Of a stretch of DNA of 64,000 bases, positions 35,881 through 44,815 are shown in pieces. Within the stretch, counting starts at the first letter, position 1, and each line of letters starts with the position of its first letter. Origin of the DNA: Gemmatimonadota bacterium (lineage in GTDB: Bacteria; Gemmatimonadota; Gemmatimonadetes; JACCXV01); assembly GCA_036556125.1 (NCBI GenBank), contig DATBJZ010000138.1, positions 124-64,123 on the forward strand. Direction: 5' to 3'. Position numbers and translations under genes: made by a program. The notes beneath the pieces were generated by a model. That model was not told the DNA's origin, searched no databases, and saw only the letters and a program-made list of their open reading frames with translations.

Positions 35881-36842
35881 CGCGCCGAGCCGCCCCCGGA
35901 CCGGCGGGCGTTCGCGGCGGCGGCCGCGCTTCGGCCCTCGCGGCCAGCCCGCTGTGATTCCGCGGCGGCGCCCGGCTGGGGGTCCGTGCGGACTCCCTCG
36001 TCCGTGCGGGCTCCCTGGTCCGTGCCGGCGATCCGCGTCGGCCCGGCCGGCCCGCCGGGCCCGGCGCCGTTCTGCATGCCGTCCGCGTAGCCCCACCTCT
36101 CGAGCGCAGTCCTGTACTGGGTCTGCGAGACGAACCGGCCCCGGCACGTGGGTGGGGCCGCCGTGAGGTCCGCCTCCTGCCGCTGAAGACGCCCGAGGAG
36201 CTCCGTCATCACGGCCTCGGGGATCGCGTGCCGGTCCCCCGGAAAGACGTACCGGAACAGGAGCAGGTGCTGGAGCAGCACCGGCCACTGGTCGCCGAAC
36301 CGGCGCAGCAGGCGGTCCCAGTCGAGCCGGCTGCCCTGCGACCGGATCAGGTGCACGACGTCGTGGCCGTCGAAGCGCTCACGCTCCATCACGAATCCCT
36401 TGGACCAGATCATCTCCTCGACGGGGATGAGCGGGACGCGCTCGCCCAGGGCCTCTCCCTCCACGGCGTTCGCCAGCCACTCGTCGTCCACCCGCGCGAC
36501 GCCGTTGCCCGAGCTGAAGATGATGTCCACGAACTCGTCGCCGTCGAAGGCCTTCCCCAGCCAGTGGTCCGTGTCCTCCCGGCGATACCCGGTGCGCGTG
36601 AGGACCTCCTGCAGGCGCTCGTAATCCCCGGGCCGGATGAAGAGGTCGAAGTCCTTCGTCCAGCGTTCGATGCCCGTGTAGTGCCGGAGCGCGAACGCGC
36701 CGCCCACCATGAACGGGATCCCCGAATCCCGGGCGAGGTGCAGGACGCGCCGGTAGAACTCGAGCGTCCGCGGGTGGATGTCCTCGAAGACCGACCTCTC
36801 CTCAGGCGCGGCTCCCCCCTCCTTGGCAGCGTCTTCCGTCAC
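35877..36842 (-). CDS. Pol-beta-superfamily nucleotidyltransferase family protein (PF14907-like)
   Basis: NTase core GIPFMVGGAFALRHYTGIERWTKDFDLFI (GG...DxD). 321 aa with a low-complexity Gly/Pro/Thr/Asp tail containing 18-nt repeats. Confidence 0.65.
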   Translation of the reverse strand: MTEDAAKEGGAAPEERSVFEDIHPRTLEFYRRVLHLARDSGIPFMVGGAFALRHYTGIERWTKDFDLFIRPGDYERLQEVLTRTGYRREDTDHWLGKAFDGDEFVDIIFSSGNGVARVDDEWLANAVEGEALGERVPLIPVEEMIWSKGFVMERERFDGHDVVHLIRSQGSRLDWDRLLRRFGDQWPVLLQHLLLFRYVFPGDRHAIPEAVMTELLGRLQRQEADLTAAPPTCRGRFVSQTQYRTALERWGYADGMQNGAGPGGPAGPTRIAGTDQGARTDEGVRTDPQPGAAAESQRAGREGRSAAAAANARRSGGGSAR

Positions 36843-36933
36843 TCGAGTCCTCGCGTCGGGGTCGACGTCTGAACCTTGAAGGGCCGTGGCGCGGCGACAA
36901 GCGGGAGTTTTGCAAACGGTTCGCGGAACGCGG

Positions 36934-37476
36934 TCACCCTGCGCGTGAGGGCGGTGCCGACCCGGCGGGATTCCCGGCCAGAAGCTGCCGGTAGACGGCG
37001 AAATCCGCCTCGCGGAAGCACACGAAGCGCACGAGCTCGATCGTGGTCGGCCGCGCCGTCTCCCCGCGGACCGTCTCGACCGCGATCCCGGCCGCCTGGT
37101 CGATCGGGTACCGGTAGGCGCCCGTGCCGATGCACGGAAACGCGACCGAGCGGAGCCCGTGCGCGGCCGCGAGCGCGAGCGAGCTGCGGTAGCAGCCCCG
37201 GAGGAGCTCGGCCTCGCGCCTGCGGCCGCCGCTCCACACCGGTCCCACCGTGTGGATGACGTGGCGCGCGGGGAGCCGGTGCCCTCCGGTGATGCGCGCC
37301 TCCCCGGTTGGACATCCGCCCAGTGCGCGGCACTCCTCGAGCAGGCCGGATCCCGCCGCCCGGTGGATGGCGCCGTCCACGCCTCCGCCGCCCAGAAGCG
37401 TCGTGTTGGCCGCGTTGACGATCGCGTCCACGCGCTCGACGGTGATGTCTCCGGAGACCGCCTCGAGCCTCGTCAC
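36934..37476 (-). CDS. Macro domain protein (O-acetyl-ADP-ribose deacetylase, YmdB/MacroD-like)
   Basis: MTRLEAVSGDITVERVDAIVNAANTTLLGGGGVDGAIHRAAG...VAFPCIGTGAYRYP. Its GTG start overlaps the upstream TGA (GTGA). Confidence 0.9.
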   Translation of the reverse strand: MTRLEAVSGDITVERVDAIVNAANTTLLGGGGVDGAIHRAAGSGLLEECRALGGCPTGEARITGGHRLPARHVIHTVGPVWSGGRRREAELLRGCYRSSLALAAAHGLRSVAFPCIGTGAYRYPIDQAAGIAVETVRGETARPTTIELVRFVCFREADFAVYRQLLAGNPAGSAPPSRAG

Positions 37477-38675
37477 CGGTCCCAGAACGCGATGGCGTCG
37501 GGCCGCGGGCCCACGGCCGCCGTGCTCTCGAGCGGCCCGTCGGGTGCGTGGATGGAGAGCGTCCCCCCGTCGGTGTTCACGACCAGGAGACGCCCGGTCG
37601 CGGGGTCGAGCCGGATCGTCTCCGGCCCGTCGCCGGTGGGGAGCTCCCGGCGCACGGTGAGGTTGGTGAGGTCGATCTCGGAGAGAGTGTCCGAGATTCG
37701 GTTCGCGACGTACGCGAGACTGCCGTCGGCGGAGAAGTCGATCGACCGGGGAAACTGTCCCACCTCGATCCTGGCCAGCTCCTCGAGGCCCGGGAGCGCC
37801 AGGACCACCACCTCGTCGCTCCCCGCGCAGGGCACGAGGAGGCGGCTGCCGTCCGGCGTCGGCCGCAGGCCCTCGGGCGAGCGCCCGACCTCGGCGACGG
37901 CCTCCACGGCGAGCGTCTCCGTGTTCACGGCGCGCACCGTCGAGGGGGGGCCGATGTTCGAGACCCAGAGCGTGCCGCCGTCGGCGGAGAGCACCGCCAG
38001 GTCGGGGCGCACCCCGGGGTCGTCCACCAGGCCGAGCACCGCGCCGGTGACCGGGTCGAGGACGCCGATCTCGTGCTGGTTCGGAAACGTCGCGAAGAGC
38101 CGGTCGCCGCCGGGCGAGAGGAGGAGCGCCTGCGGCTGCCGGAACCCCTCGATCTGGAGCTCCGCGGCGCTCTCACCCGTGTCCAGGTCCACGATCAGCA
38201 GCCGCCCGGGCCCATGGCTCCCCACGTACGCGATCCCGCGGGATCGATCCACGGCGATCTCGTGGAGGTCCACGCCGAGCGGCCCGGTCCTCCCGGCGTC
38301 GAAGGTGCGGCGGTCCACGTACTCGAGCGTTCCGTCGCCGCGGTTCACCACGATGGCGAGCCGGCGTGCCCCCGGCAGCGGCGCGGGCAGCGGGTCCGAG
38401 ACGCCGCCGCCCGAACAGGCTGCGAGGACGAGGAAGGCTCCTGCGACGAACGGGCGCGCGCACCCGTCCGCGATCCGCGCGCGGGCTCCCGCGCGGCTCG
38501 TGCGGCCGGCGCCGCCGGTGCGCGCCGGGACCCTCCTCCGCCGCGGGTTATCCGTCGATTCGCTCACGCGCGGAATGTACGGATCCGAGACGGCCGGCAA
38601 AGTGACCGTGGCGGGAGGCGCGTGGCGGTGCCTAATTGAGAGAGGCGGCCGACGCTCGACCTGGCACCTGGCCAC
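37473..38675 (-). CDS. YVTN/YncE-type beta-propeller lipoprotein
   Basis: Lipobox FLVLAACSGG. Repeated beta-propeller blades (YVGSHGPGRLLIVDLDTG, GDRLFATFPNQHEIGVLD, DGGTLWVSN, DGSRLLVPCAGSDEVVVL, DGSLAYVANRISDTLSEIDL, TGRLLVVNTDGGTLSI). The start is probably an internal GTG near 38560. Confidence 0.7.
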   Translation of the reverse strand: MARCQVERRPPLSIRHRHAPPATVTLPAVSDPYIPRVSESTDNPRRRRVPARTGGAGRTSRAGARARIADGCARPFVAGAFLVLAACSGGGVSDPLPAPLPGARRLAIVVNRGDGTLEYVDRRTFDAGRTGPLGVDLHEIAVDRSRGIAYVGSHGPGRLLIVDLDTGESAAELQIEGFRQPQALLLSPGGDRLFATFPNQHEIGVLDPVTGAVLGLVDDPGVRPDLAVLSADGGTLWVSNIGPPSTVRAVNTETLAVEAVAEVGRSPEGLRPTPDGSRLLVPCAGSDEVVVLALPGLEELARIEVGQFPRSIDFSADGSLAYVANRISDTLSEIDLTNLTVRRELPTGDGPETIRLDPATGRLLVVNTDGGTLSIHAPDGPLESTAAVGPRPDAIAFWDR

Positions 38676-38740
38676 CCGCGGCGCGAACCTCCATCGCGAA
38701 CGCGGATCACGACTTACGACTAGTCGGCAAGGAGGAAGCG

Positions 38741-39931
38741 ATGGCCAACCGATGGACTCTGGCAGGCGGCGCCGGCCTTGGCGCCGGGGCGATGTACCTG
38801 CTGGACCCCGACAAGGGCCGGCGGCGCCGCGCCCTCACCCGCGACAAGGTCCTGCACTTCGCGAACAAGGCCGGTGAGGCGATCGGCACGACGTCCACCG
38901 ATGTCTCGCACCGCACGGCCGGAGCGTTCGCGCGCGTGCGCGGCCGGTTCGCCGGCGGGGACGTTCCGGACCACGTCCTGACGGAGCGCGTCCGTTCGCG
39001 GATCGGCCGGGCGGTCTCCCATCCGCGCTCGATCGACGTCACGTCGGAGCACGGGTGGGTGACGCTGAGCGGGCCGGTCCTGCTGAACGAGGTGGACGAG
39101 CTCCTGCGGACGGTGTGGTCGGTTCCCGGCGTGCGCGAAGTGGAGAACCGGCTCGAGGTGCACCGCGAAGCCAGCGACGTGCCGGGGCTCCAGGGCGGAT
39201 CCACCCGTCCCGGACAGCGCGCCGAGCTGCGTCAGCGCAACTGGTCTCCGACCGCGCGCTTCCTGACCGGCGTCGGCGCGGGGGCCCTCGCGGTGAGCGG
39301 AATCCGGCGCGGCGGCGTGCTGGGGTGGACGGTCGCCGCCCTCGGCGGTGCGGGCCTCGCGCGGGCGCTCGCCAACCGTCCGGTGCGGCAGCTCGCGGGT
39401 CTGGACGGACGGCGCGCGGTGGACTTCCACAAGACGATCAACGTTCAGGCGCCGATCGAGGAGGTCTTCGACTTCTGGGCCACCTTCGAGAACTTCCCCC
39501 GCTTCATGTCGCACGTGCGTGAGGTGCGGAAGACGGGCGACGGCCGCTCGCACTGGGTGGCGGCGGGGCCGGGCGGGACCGAGGTCGAGTGGGACGCCGT
39601 GGTCACCGAATGCGAGCCGAACCGTGTCGTGGCCTGGCGCAGCGTTCCGGGCTCGACCGTGGCGAACGCGGGCATCGTGCGGTTCGACCCGAACCCCGAC
39701 GGAAGCACGCGAATCGACATCCGGATGTCCTACAGCCCTCCCGCGGGCGCGCTCGGCCACGTCGTGGCCGCGCTGTTCGGAAAGGATCCCAAGCGGGCGA
39801 TGGACGAGGACCTGGTGCGGTTCAAGTCGCTGCTGGAGGACGGCCGGACCACCACGCCTCGCGCGGGAACGGTCGACCTCGAGCAGGTGCAGGGGCAGGG
39901 GAACGGCCCGGGAGGCGGCGCCGGCGGCTGA
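38741..39931 (+). CDS. BON-domain protein fused to an SRPBCC (polyketide cyclase/START-like) domain
   Basis: ATG after aaggaggaag. BON domain (VTSEHGWVTLSGPVLLNEVDELLRTVWSVPGVREVENRLEV). SRPBCC domain (INVQAPIEEVFDFWATFENFPRFMSHVREV...). Confidence 0.75.
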   Translation: MANRWTLAGGAGLGAGAMYLLDPDKGRRRRALTRDKVLHFANKAGEAIGTTSTDVSHRTAGAFARVRGRFAGGDVPDHVLTERVRSRIGRAVSHPRSIDVTSEHGWVTLSGPVLLNEVDELLRTVWSVPGVREVENRLEVHREASDVPGLQGGSTRPGQRAELRQRNWSPTARFLTGVGAGALAVSGIRRGGVLGWTVAALGGAGLARALANRPVRQLAGLDGRRAVDFHKTINVQAPIEEVFDFWATFENFPRFMSHVREVRKTGDGRSHWVAAGPGGTEVEWDAVVTECEPNRVVAWRSVPGSTVANAGIVRFDPNPDGSTRIDIRMSYSPPAGALGHVVAALFGKDPKRAMDEDLVRFKSLLEDGRTTTPRAGTVDLEQVQGQGNGPGGGAGG

Positions 39932-40110
39932 GCGCGCACGACCTTCCGGAGTCGGTTGCTTTCCTCCTGCCGCCGAGCTTGTAAGTTCCGGCCTTCGGCG
40001 GGGATCCACGAGATGTCCGCGGCGGCTGCCGGCCGCGCGGGCGGCATTCGCGCGGATCGACCCGCGAGGCAACCCGGCCGACGCGGCGCAGCCGCAGAAG
40101 CGAGGCAGAG

Positions 40111-40494
40111 ATGCGGATGGGATTCCTGGTGGCGGCGATGACGGCCGTTGCCGTTCCGGCCTTCGCGCAGGATGCCGTGACGGTCGACCCGAAGCACTAC
40201 AAGGTGGAGTTCGAGAACGACCACGTGCGGGTCCTGCGAATCACCTACGGGCCGGGCGAGGCCTCGGTGATGCACGAGCACCCGGAGAACGTGGCCGTGT
40301 TCCTGACCGACGGTCAGGGCAAGTTCACCCTGCCGGACGGATCCACGCAGGACGCTTCGTTCCCCGCCGGGTCGGTGCAATGGGGGCCCGGGGAAACGCA
40401 CCTGCCGCAGAACGTCGGCGAGGAGCCGTTCGAGCTGATCCTGATCGAGCTCAAGGGGGCGGCGGCGCCCGCGACGACCGCGTCCACGAGGTGA
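40111..40494 (+). CDS. Secreted cupin-domain protein
   Basis: Signal MRMGFLVAAMTAVAVPAFAQ. Cupin motifs VMHEHPENVAVFLTDGQG...GETHLPQN. Confidence 0.7.
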   Translation: MRMGFLVAAMTAVAVPAFAQDAVTVDPKHYKVEFENDHVRVLRITYGPGEASVMHEHPENVAVFLTDGQGKFTLPDGSTQDASFPAGSVQWGPGETHLPQNVGEEPFELILIELKGAAAPATTASTR

Positions 40495-40561
40495 GCCGAA
40501 TCGGCTGAGTCCCGACCCCTCGACGGCCGCGCCCCTCCCGAGGCGGCGCGGCCGTTCGCGT

Positions 40562-41083
40562 TCAGCGACGGCGGGACCGAAGGCGCCGGTGCTCGATGGC
40601 CGTGCAGCGGTCCTGCACGACCAGGATCCCCGCCTCCGCGATCTCGCGGGCGGCCCGATCCTCGCGGATCCCCAGCTGGAACCAGACGACGCGCGGACGC
40701 TTCGCGACGATGTCGGCTACGTGCGGCGGGATGTCGCGCGGCCGGCGGAAGACGTCCACCAGGTCCACCTCGCCGGGCACGGCTGCCAGGGTTCGGTAGA
40801 CCGGCTGCCCCAGGATCTCGGTCACCGTGGGATAGTACACCGGGACCGGCACGATCTCGTAGCCCTCCCTCTGCAGGTACTCCGGCACCGTGAACGCCGG
40901 CTTCGGGCTCCGGAACTCCGGCTTGATGCCGAGCACCGCGATCCGCCGCACGGAGGCGAGCAGGTCGAGAACCCGTTCGTCGTCCTCGACCAGGTTGTCC
41001 CGCCAGCCACCGATCGGCGCCGCGTCGCTCACCGGGCGGTCCGCCGTCCCGGGGGCGGAAGGACGGCGATGATCCTCGATCAC
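40562..41083 (-). CDS. CoA-binding domain protein (YccU/YneT family)
   Basis: RIAVLGIKPEFRSPKPAFTVPEYLQREGYEIVPVPV...VDLVDVFR...VVWFQLGI. 20 nt downstream of the Usp gene. Confidence 0.85.
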   Translation of the reverse strand: MIEDHRRPSAPGTADRPVSDAAPIGGWRDNLVEDDERVLDLLASVRRIAVLGIKPEFRSPKPAFTVPEYLQREGYEIVPVPVYYPTVTEILGQPVYRTLAAVPGEVDLVDVFRRPRDIPPHVADIVAKRPRVVWFQLGIREDRAAREIAEAGILVVQDRCTAIEHRRLRSRRR

Positions 41084-41103
41084 GAAGCCCCGTCCGGCGC
41101 CGG

Positions 41104-42120
41104 TCAGGGCAGCGAGAAGACCGGCGTCCCCCGTCGGACCAGCAGGACGTCGCAGGCGGCACGCCGCGTGATGGCTTCGGCCACGCTGCCGAAGAGCACG
41201 TGCGGGATGCCGGAGCGGCCGTGCGTGCCGAGGGCGAGCAGCCCCGGCCGCAGCGTGCGCGTTACCCGCAGGATCTCCTGCATCGGACTGCCCTCCCGGA
41301 AGTGCACCTCGACGGACCGGCCTCGGGTATCGACCTCCGCGAGCAGCGCGTCCATCGCCTCCCGCGCGCGTTCCAGCTCCTCGGCTGCCGCCGAGCGCGC
41401 GGCGGAGGTGGGGACCAGCCCGCCGAGGGCGGCCCGCCCGAGGGTGATCTGGGAGAGCGACCCGTAGACGTGAAGCACGTGCAGCTCCGACCGGACGTCG
41501 GTCCCGGAGGCGCGCCCGCCTCCGGCGCGCCCGCGGGTGGACTTCGACCTGCCTTCCCGTCGCCCGCCGCCGTCACGGTCGGGCGCCTCCGTCGCCGGGG
41601 AGGAGGCGGTGAGCGCGGCAGCCGCCTCGAGCGCACGGCGGGAGTGCTCCGAGAAGTCCACCCCCACGAGAACACGGGCGTAGGGACGGGTCGCGGCCCG
41701 CTTGACGACCAGAACGGGCCGGTCCCCCTTCCGCACGACCCGGTCGGCGGTCGCGCCGAGCAGGTCCTCACGCCAGCCGCTCTCGCCGTGCGAGCCGAGG
41801 ACGATCAGGTCGGCGCCGGTCTCCCGCGACTTGCGGACGATCTCGACGAAGGCCTTCCCGAAGGCCGTCGCCATCTCGGCCTCGACACCGACCCGGTCCG
41901 CCGCCGCGCCCGCCTCGCGCGCGAGCTGCTCCGCGAACCACGTGGCGACCTCGCCCGGATCCGCACCCATGCCCTTGAGACCTTCGGGGGGGATCTCGAG
42001 GACGTTCAGGGCGACCAGCCGGGCGCCGTGATCCCGTGCGATCAGGGAGGCGCGGCGCACCGCCTTCCCCGCGGCGTCGGAGAAGTCCGTCGCCACCAGA
42101 ATCGAACGGATCTCGCTCAC
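41104..42120 (-). CDS. Tandem universal stress protein (two UspA domains)
   Basis: Usp domain 1 ILVATDFSDAAGKAVRRA...LIVLGSHGESGW...VLVV. Usp domain 2 VLVGVDFSEHSRRALEAA...LLALGTHGRSGIPHVLFGSVAEAI...VLLV. Confidence 0.9.
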   Translation of the reverse strand: MSEIRSILVATDFSDAAGKAVRRASLIARDHGARLVALNVLEIPPEGLKGMGADPGEVATWFAEQLAREAGAAADRVGVEAEMATAFGKAFVEIVRKSRETGADLIVLGSHGESGWREDLLGATADRVVRKGDRPVLVVKRAATRPYARVLVGVDFSEHSRRALEAAAALTASSPATEAPDRDGGGRREGRSKSTRGRAGGGRASGTDVRSELHVLHVYGSLSQITLGRAALGGLVPTSAARSAAAEELERAREAMDALLAEVDTRGRSVEVHFREGSPMQEILRVTRTLRPGLLALGTHGRSGIPHVLFGSVAEAITRRAACDVLLVRRGTPVFSLP

Positions 42121-42350
42121 GAGGGCGAGTCTACACCGCCCCGGCGGGCCCCGTCGAGCCGCGGCGCTCGCGGGGCGGGGCCGGAAACTTTTTCACTCCC
42201 GTGCGGCGAACGCGCGCTGGCTGCATCCGCCCCCGATGCCAGATGCGTGCCCGGCAAGGCTTTCGGGGGCCGGCCCCGGTGGAGCGCGGACGGCACGGGA
42301 GATGCCCCCTTCGGGGAGTCTCCCGTTCATTCTGCCGGAGGTGAGTCCCC

Positions 42351-43565
42351 ATGAAGGCGATCGTCTTCCACGGCATCGGCGACATCCGGCTCGAGGACGT
42401 TGCCCAGCCGAAGATCGAGGAGCGCACCGACGCGATCGTGCGCATCACCGCCAGCGCCATCTGCGGGACGGACCTGCACCTGGTGCGCGGGACGATGCCC
42501 GGCGTGAAGCCCGGCACGATCCTCGGGCACGAGGGAGTGGGCATCGTGGAGGAGATCGGCCGCGACGTGCGGAACCTCAAGGCCGGCGACCGCGTCGTGA
42601 TCCCCTCCACGATCGCGTGCGGCTTCTGCTCCTACTGCCGTGCCGGCTATTACGCGCAGTGCGACGAGGCCAACCCCAACGGGAAGCTCGCCGGCACCGC
42701 GTTCTTCGGCGGGCCCGCGACGACCGGTCCCTTCCACGGCCTCCAGGCCGAGTACGCCCGCGTGCCGTTCGCCAACGTGGGGCTGGTGAAGCTGCCCGAC
42801 CAGGTGGACGACCACCAGGCGCTCCTGCTCTCGGACATCTTCCCCACGGGCTGGTTCGGCGCCGAGCTGGCGGAGATCGAGGACGGCGACACGGTCGCGG
42901 TGTTCGGCTGCGGACCCGTCGGCCAGTTCGCGATCGCGAGCGCCAAGCTCCAGGGCGCGGGGCGCGTGTTCGCGGTGGACGCCGTGCCCTCACGGCTGGA
43001 GATGGCCCACGCGCAGGGCGCGGAGGTCCTGGACTTCGGAACGGAGGACCCCGTCGAGACGATCCGCCGCCTCACGGGCGGGATCGGCGTGGACCGGGCG
43101 ATCGACGCGGTCGGCGTGGACGCGGAGTCGCCGCACACCGGGCCCGCGGCGAAGAAGGCGAAGGCGCAGCGCGACGAATTCGAGGAGGAGCGGAAGAAGG
43201 TCGCCCCGAAGACGAACCCCGAGGGGAACAACTGGATTCCCGGCGACGCGCCGTCGCAGGTCCTGCGCTGGGCCGTGGACGCCCTCGCGAAGGCCGGTAC
43301 GCTGTCGGTGATCGGGGTCTATCCCGAAACGGCGTCGAGCTTCCCCGTCGGCAAGGCGATGATGAAGAACCTCACCGTGAACGGCGGCAACTGCCACCAC
43401 CGCCGCTACATCCCCCAGCTCCTGGAGCTCGTCCAGACCGGCGTGATCGATCCGCAGAAGGTCATCACCCAGATGGAACCGCTGCGGATGGGGATCGAGG
43501 CCTACCGCGAGTTCGACCGCCGGGAGTCGGGGTGGGTCAAGGTCGAGCTGCAGACCGCGGCGTAG
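42351..43565 (+). CDS. Zinc-dependent alcohol dehydrogenase, glutathione-independent formaldehyde dehydrogenase-like
   Basis: MKAIVFHGIGDIRLEDV, catalytic zinc CGTDLH, GHEGVG, structural zinc CGFCSYCRAGYYAQC, Rossmann GCGPVG. Confidence 0.9.
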   Translation: MKAIVFHGIGDIRLEDVAQPKIEERTDAIVRITASAICGTDLHLVRGTMPGVKPGTILGHEGVGIVEEIGRDVRNLKAGDRVVIPSTIACGFCSYCRAGYYAQCDEANPNGKLAGTAFFGGPATTGPFHGLQAEYARVPFANVGLVKLPDQVDDHQALLLSDIFPTGWFGAELAEIEDGDTVAVFGCGPVGQFAIASAKLQGAGRVFAVDAVPSRLEMAHAQGAEVLDFGTEDPVETIRRLTGGIGVDRAIDAVGVDAESPHTGPAAKKAKAQRDEFEEERKKVAPKTNPEGNNWIPGDAPSQVLRWAVDALAKAGTLSVIGVYPETASSFPVGKAMMKNLTVNGGNCHHRRYIPQLLELVQTGVIDPQKVITQMEPLRMGIEAYREFDRRESGWVKVELQTAA

Positions 43566-43638
43566 CGGCCGCGAGTGCCCGGGGCCTGGGTCCGCGGGCC
43601 CGAGCGCCCGGGCCGGGGTGAGCCAGGTCGACGCGAAA

Positions 43639-43665
43639 CGCCCCGCCGGAGTGGCCGGCGGGGCG
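43639..43665. terminator. Strong convergent hairpin between the ADH and PepSY genes
   Basis: cgccccgccgg-agtgg-ccggcggggcg, 11-bp perfect stem. Weak T-tracts on both strands. Confidence 0.4.
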
Positions 43666-43693
43666 CTCGCGTGCCGCCTGTGACCGCCACGGT

Positions 43694-44077
43694 CTAGTCG
43701 TCGTCCTCGCCGTCGTCGTCCGACCCGTCGTCGTCCCCGCCCGAGTCGTCGTCGCCGTGCTCGATCTCGAGCACCTCACAGGTCGCGGCGTCGAACTCGA
43801 TCTCCACGCCGTTGCTCAGCTCGACCCCCCAGACGTCGCGTCCGCCCTCGCGCTCCTCCTCGATCACGAGGATGTCGGCGGGGGTGCCGTCGGCGTTGCG
43901 GGATTCCGCGAGCGCGGCGAGCTCGTCGCGGCAGCTGTCGAACTCGGCCTCGCGGGGCGTTCCCACGAGGTTCTCGCCGTCGCCGCTGCAGGCGATCGCC
44001 AGGAGCGCGGCCAGGAGCAGGCGGCCGCCGGGCGGGCGGCAGCCACACGCGCGCGTGAAGGGACGGGTCGTTCTCAT
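43694..44077 (-). CDS. PepSY-domain lipoprotein with acidic Asp-rich C-terminal tail
   Basis: MRTTRPFTRACGCRPPGGRLLLAALLAIACSG lipobox. PepSY-like DVWGVELSNGVEIEFDAATCEVLEIE. Tail DDDSGGDDDGSDDDGEDDD. Confidence 0.6.
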   Translation of the reverse strand: MRTTRPFTRACGCRPPGGRLLLAALLAIACSGDGENLVGTPREAEFDSCRDELAALAESRNADGTPADILVIEEEREGGRDVWGVELSNGVEIEFDAATCEVLEIEHGDDDSGGDDDGSDDDGEDDD

Positions 44078-44306
44078 CGCCGATGCTCTCCTGCGGGGGT
44101 TGTTCGGCGGCGCCGCCCGCGGATCCGCGGCCGCCGGGCAGTGTGCCGGCAGCCGGAGAACCGTGGCGGGTGCCGCGGCTTCACGCTGAGGGAACGCACG
44201 GGCCGGCGGGTTTGTGACAGGGGGGCGCGGCCACGCTCTGGCAGGGCGCGCGGGTCCGTCGCACCTTTCAGCCCCCGAGGACTGGTTCTTCCCAGGAGGT
44301 GGTGGG

Positions 44307-44789
44307 GTGCCGCTGACCCTGATTTCCCCTGCGTTCGCGGACGGAGGCGAGATCCCGACGCTCTTCACCTGCGAGGGCGACGACATCAATCCGCCGCTCT
44401 CGTGGGACTGGGTGCCCGAGGGCACGCGGAGCTTCGCGCTGATCGTGGACGACCCGGACGCGCCGGATCCCAGGAACCCCCAGCGCACGTGGTCCCACTG
44501 GGTGCTCTACAACATGGACGACAACACCCGGGAGATTCCCGCCGACGTGGACGAGGACCAGCTCCCGCCGGGCACGCTGCAGGGACTCAACGACTGGAAG
44601 CGCACCGGCTGGGGCGGCCCCTGCCCGCCGATCGGGCGGCACCGGTACTTCTTCCGGCTCTACGCCCTGAGCCACGAGCTGCCGGACCTCGAGGAGCCCA
44701 CCCGCGAGGAGCTCCTGTCGGAGATGGAGGGGCTGATCCTCGAGTCGGCGGAGCTGGTGGGGACGTACCAGAAGAAGGTGAAGACGTGA
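44307..44789 (+). CDS. YbhB/YbcL-family PEBP (Raf kinase inhibitor-like) protein
   Basis: GTG after ggaggtgg. LTLISPAFADGGEIP, LIVDDPDAP, WSHWVLYN, HRYFFRLYAL. Confidence 0.85.
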   Translation: MPLTLISPAFADGGEIPTLFTCEGDDINPPLSWDWVPEGTRSFALIVDDPDAPDPRNPQRTWSHWVLYNMDDNTREIPADVDEDQLPPGTLQGLNDWKRTGWGGPCPPIGRHRYFFRLYALSHELPDLEEPTREELLSEMEGLILESAELVGTYQKKVKT

Positions 44790-44815
44790 GGAACACCAAG
44801 GAGGAAGGACGACGG

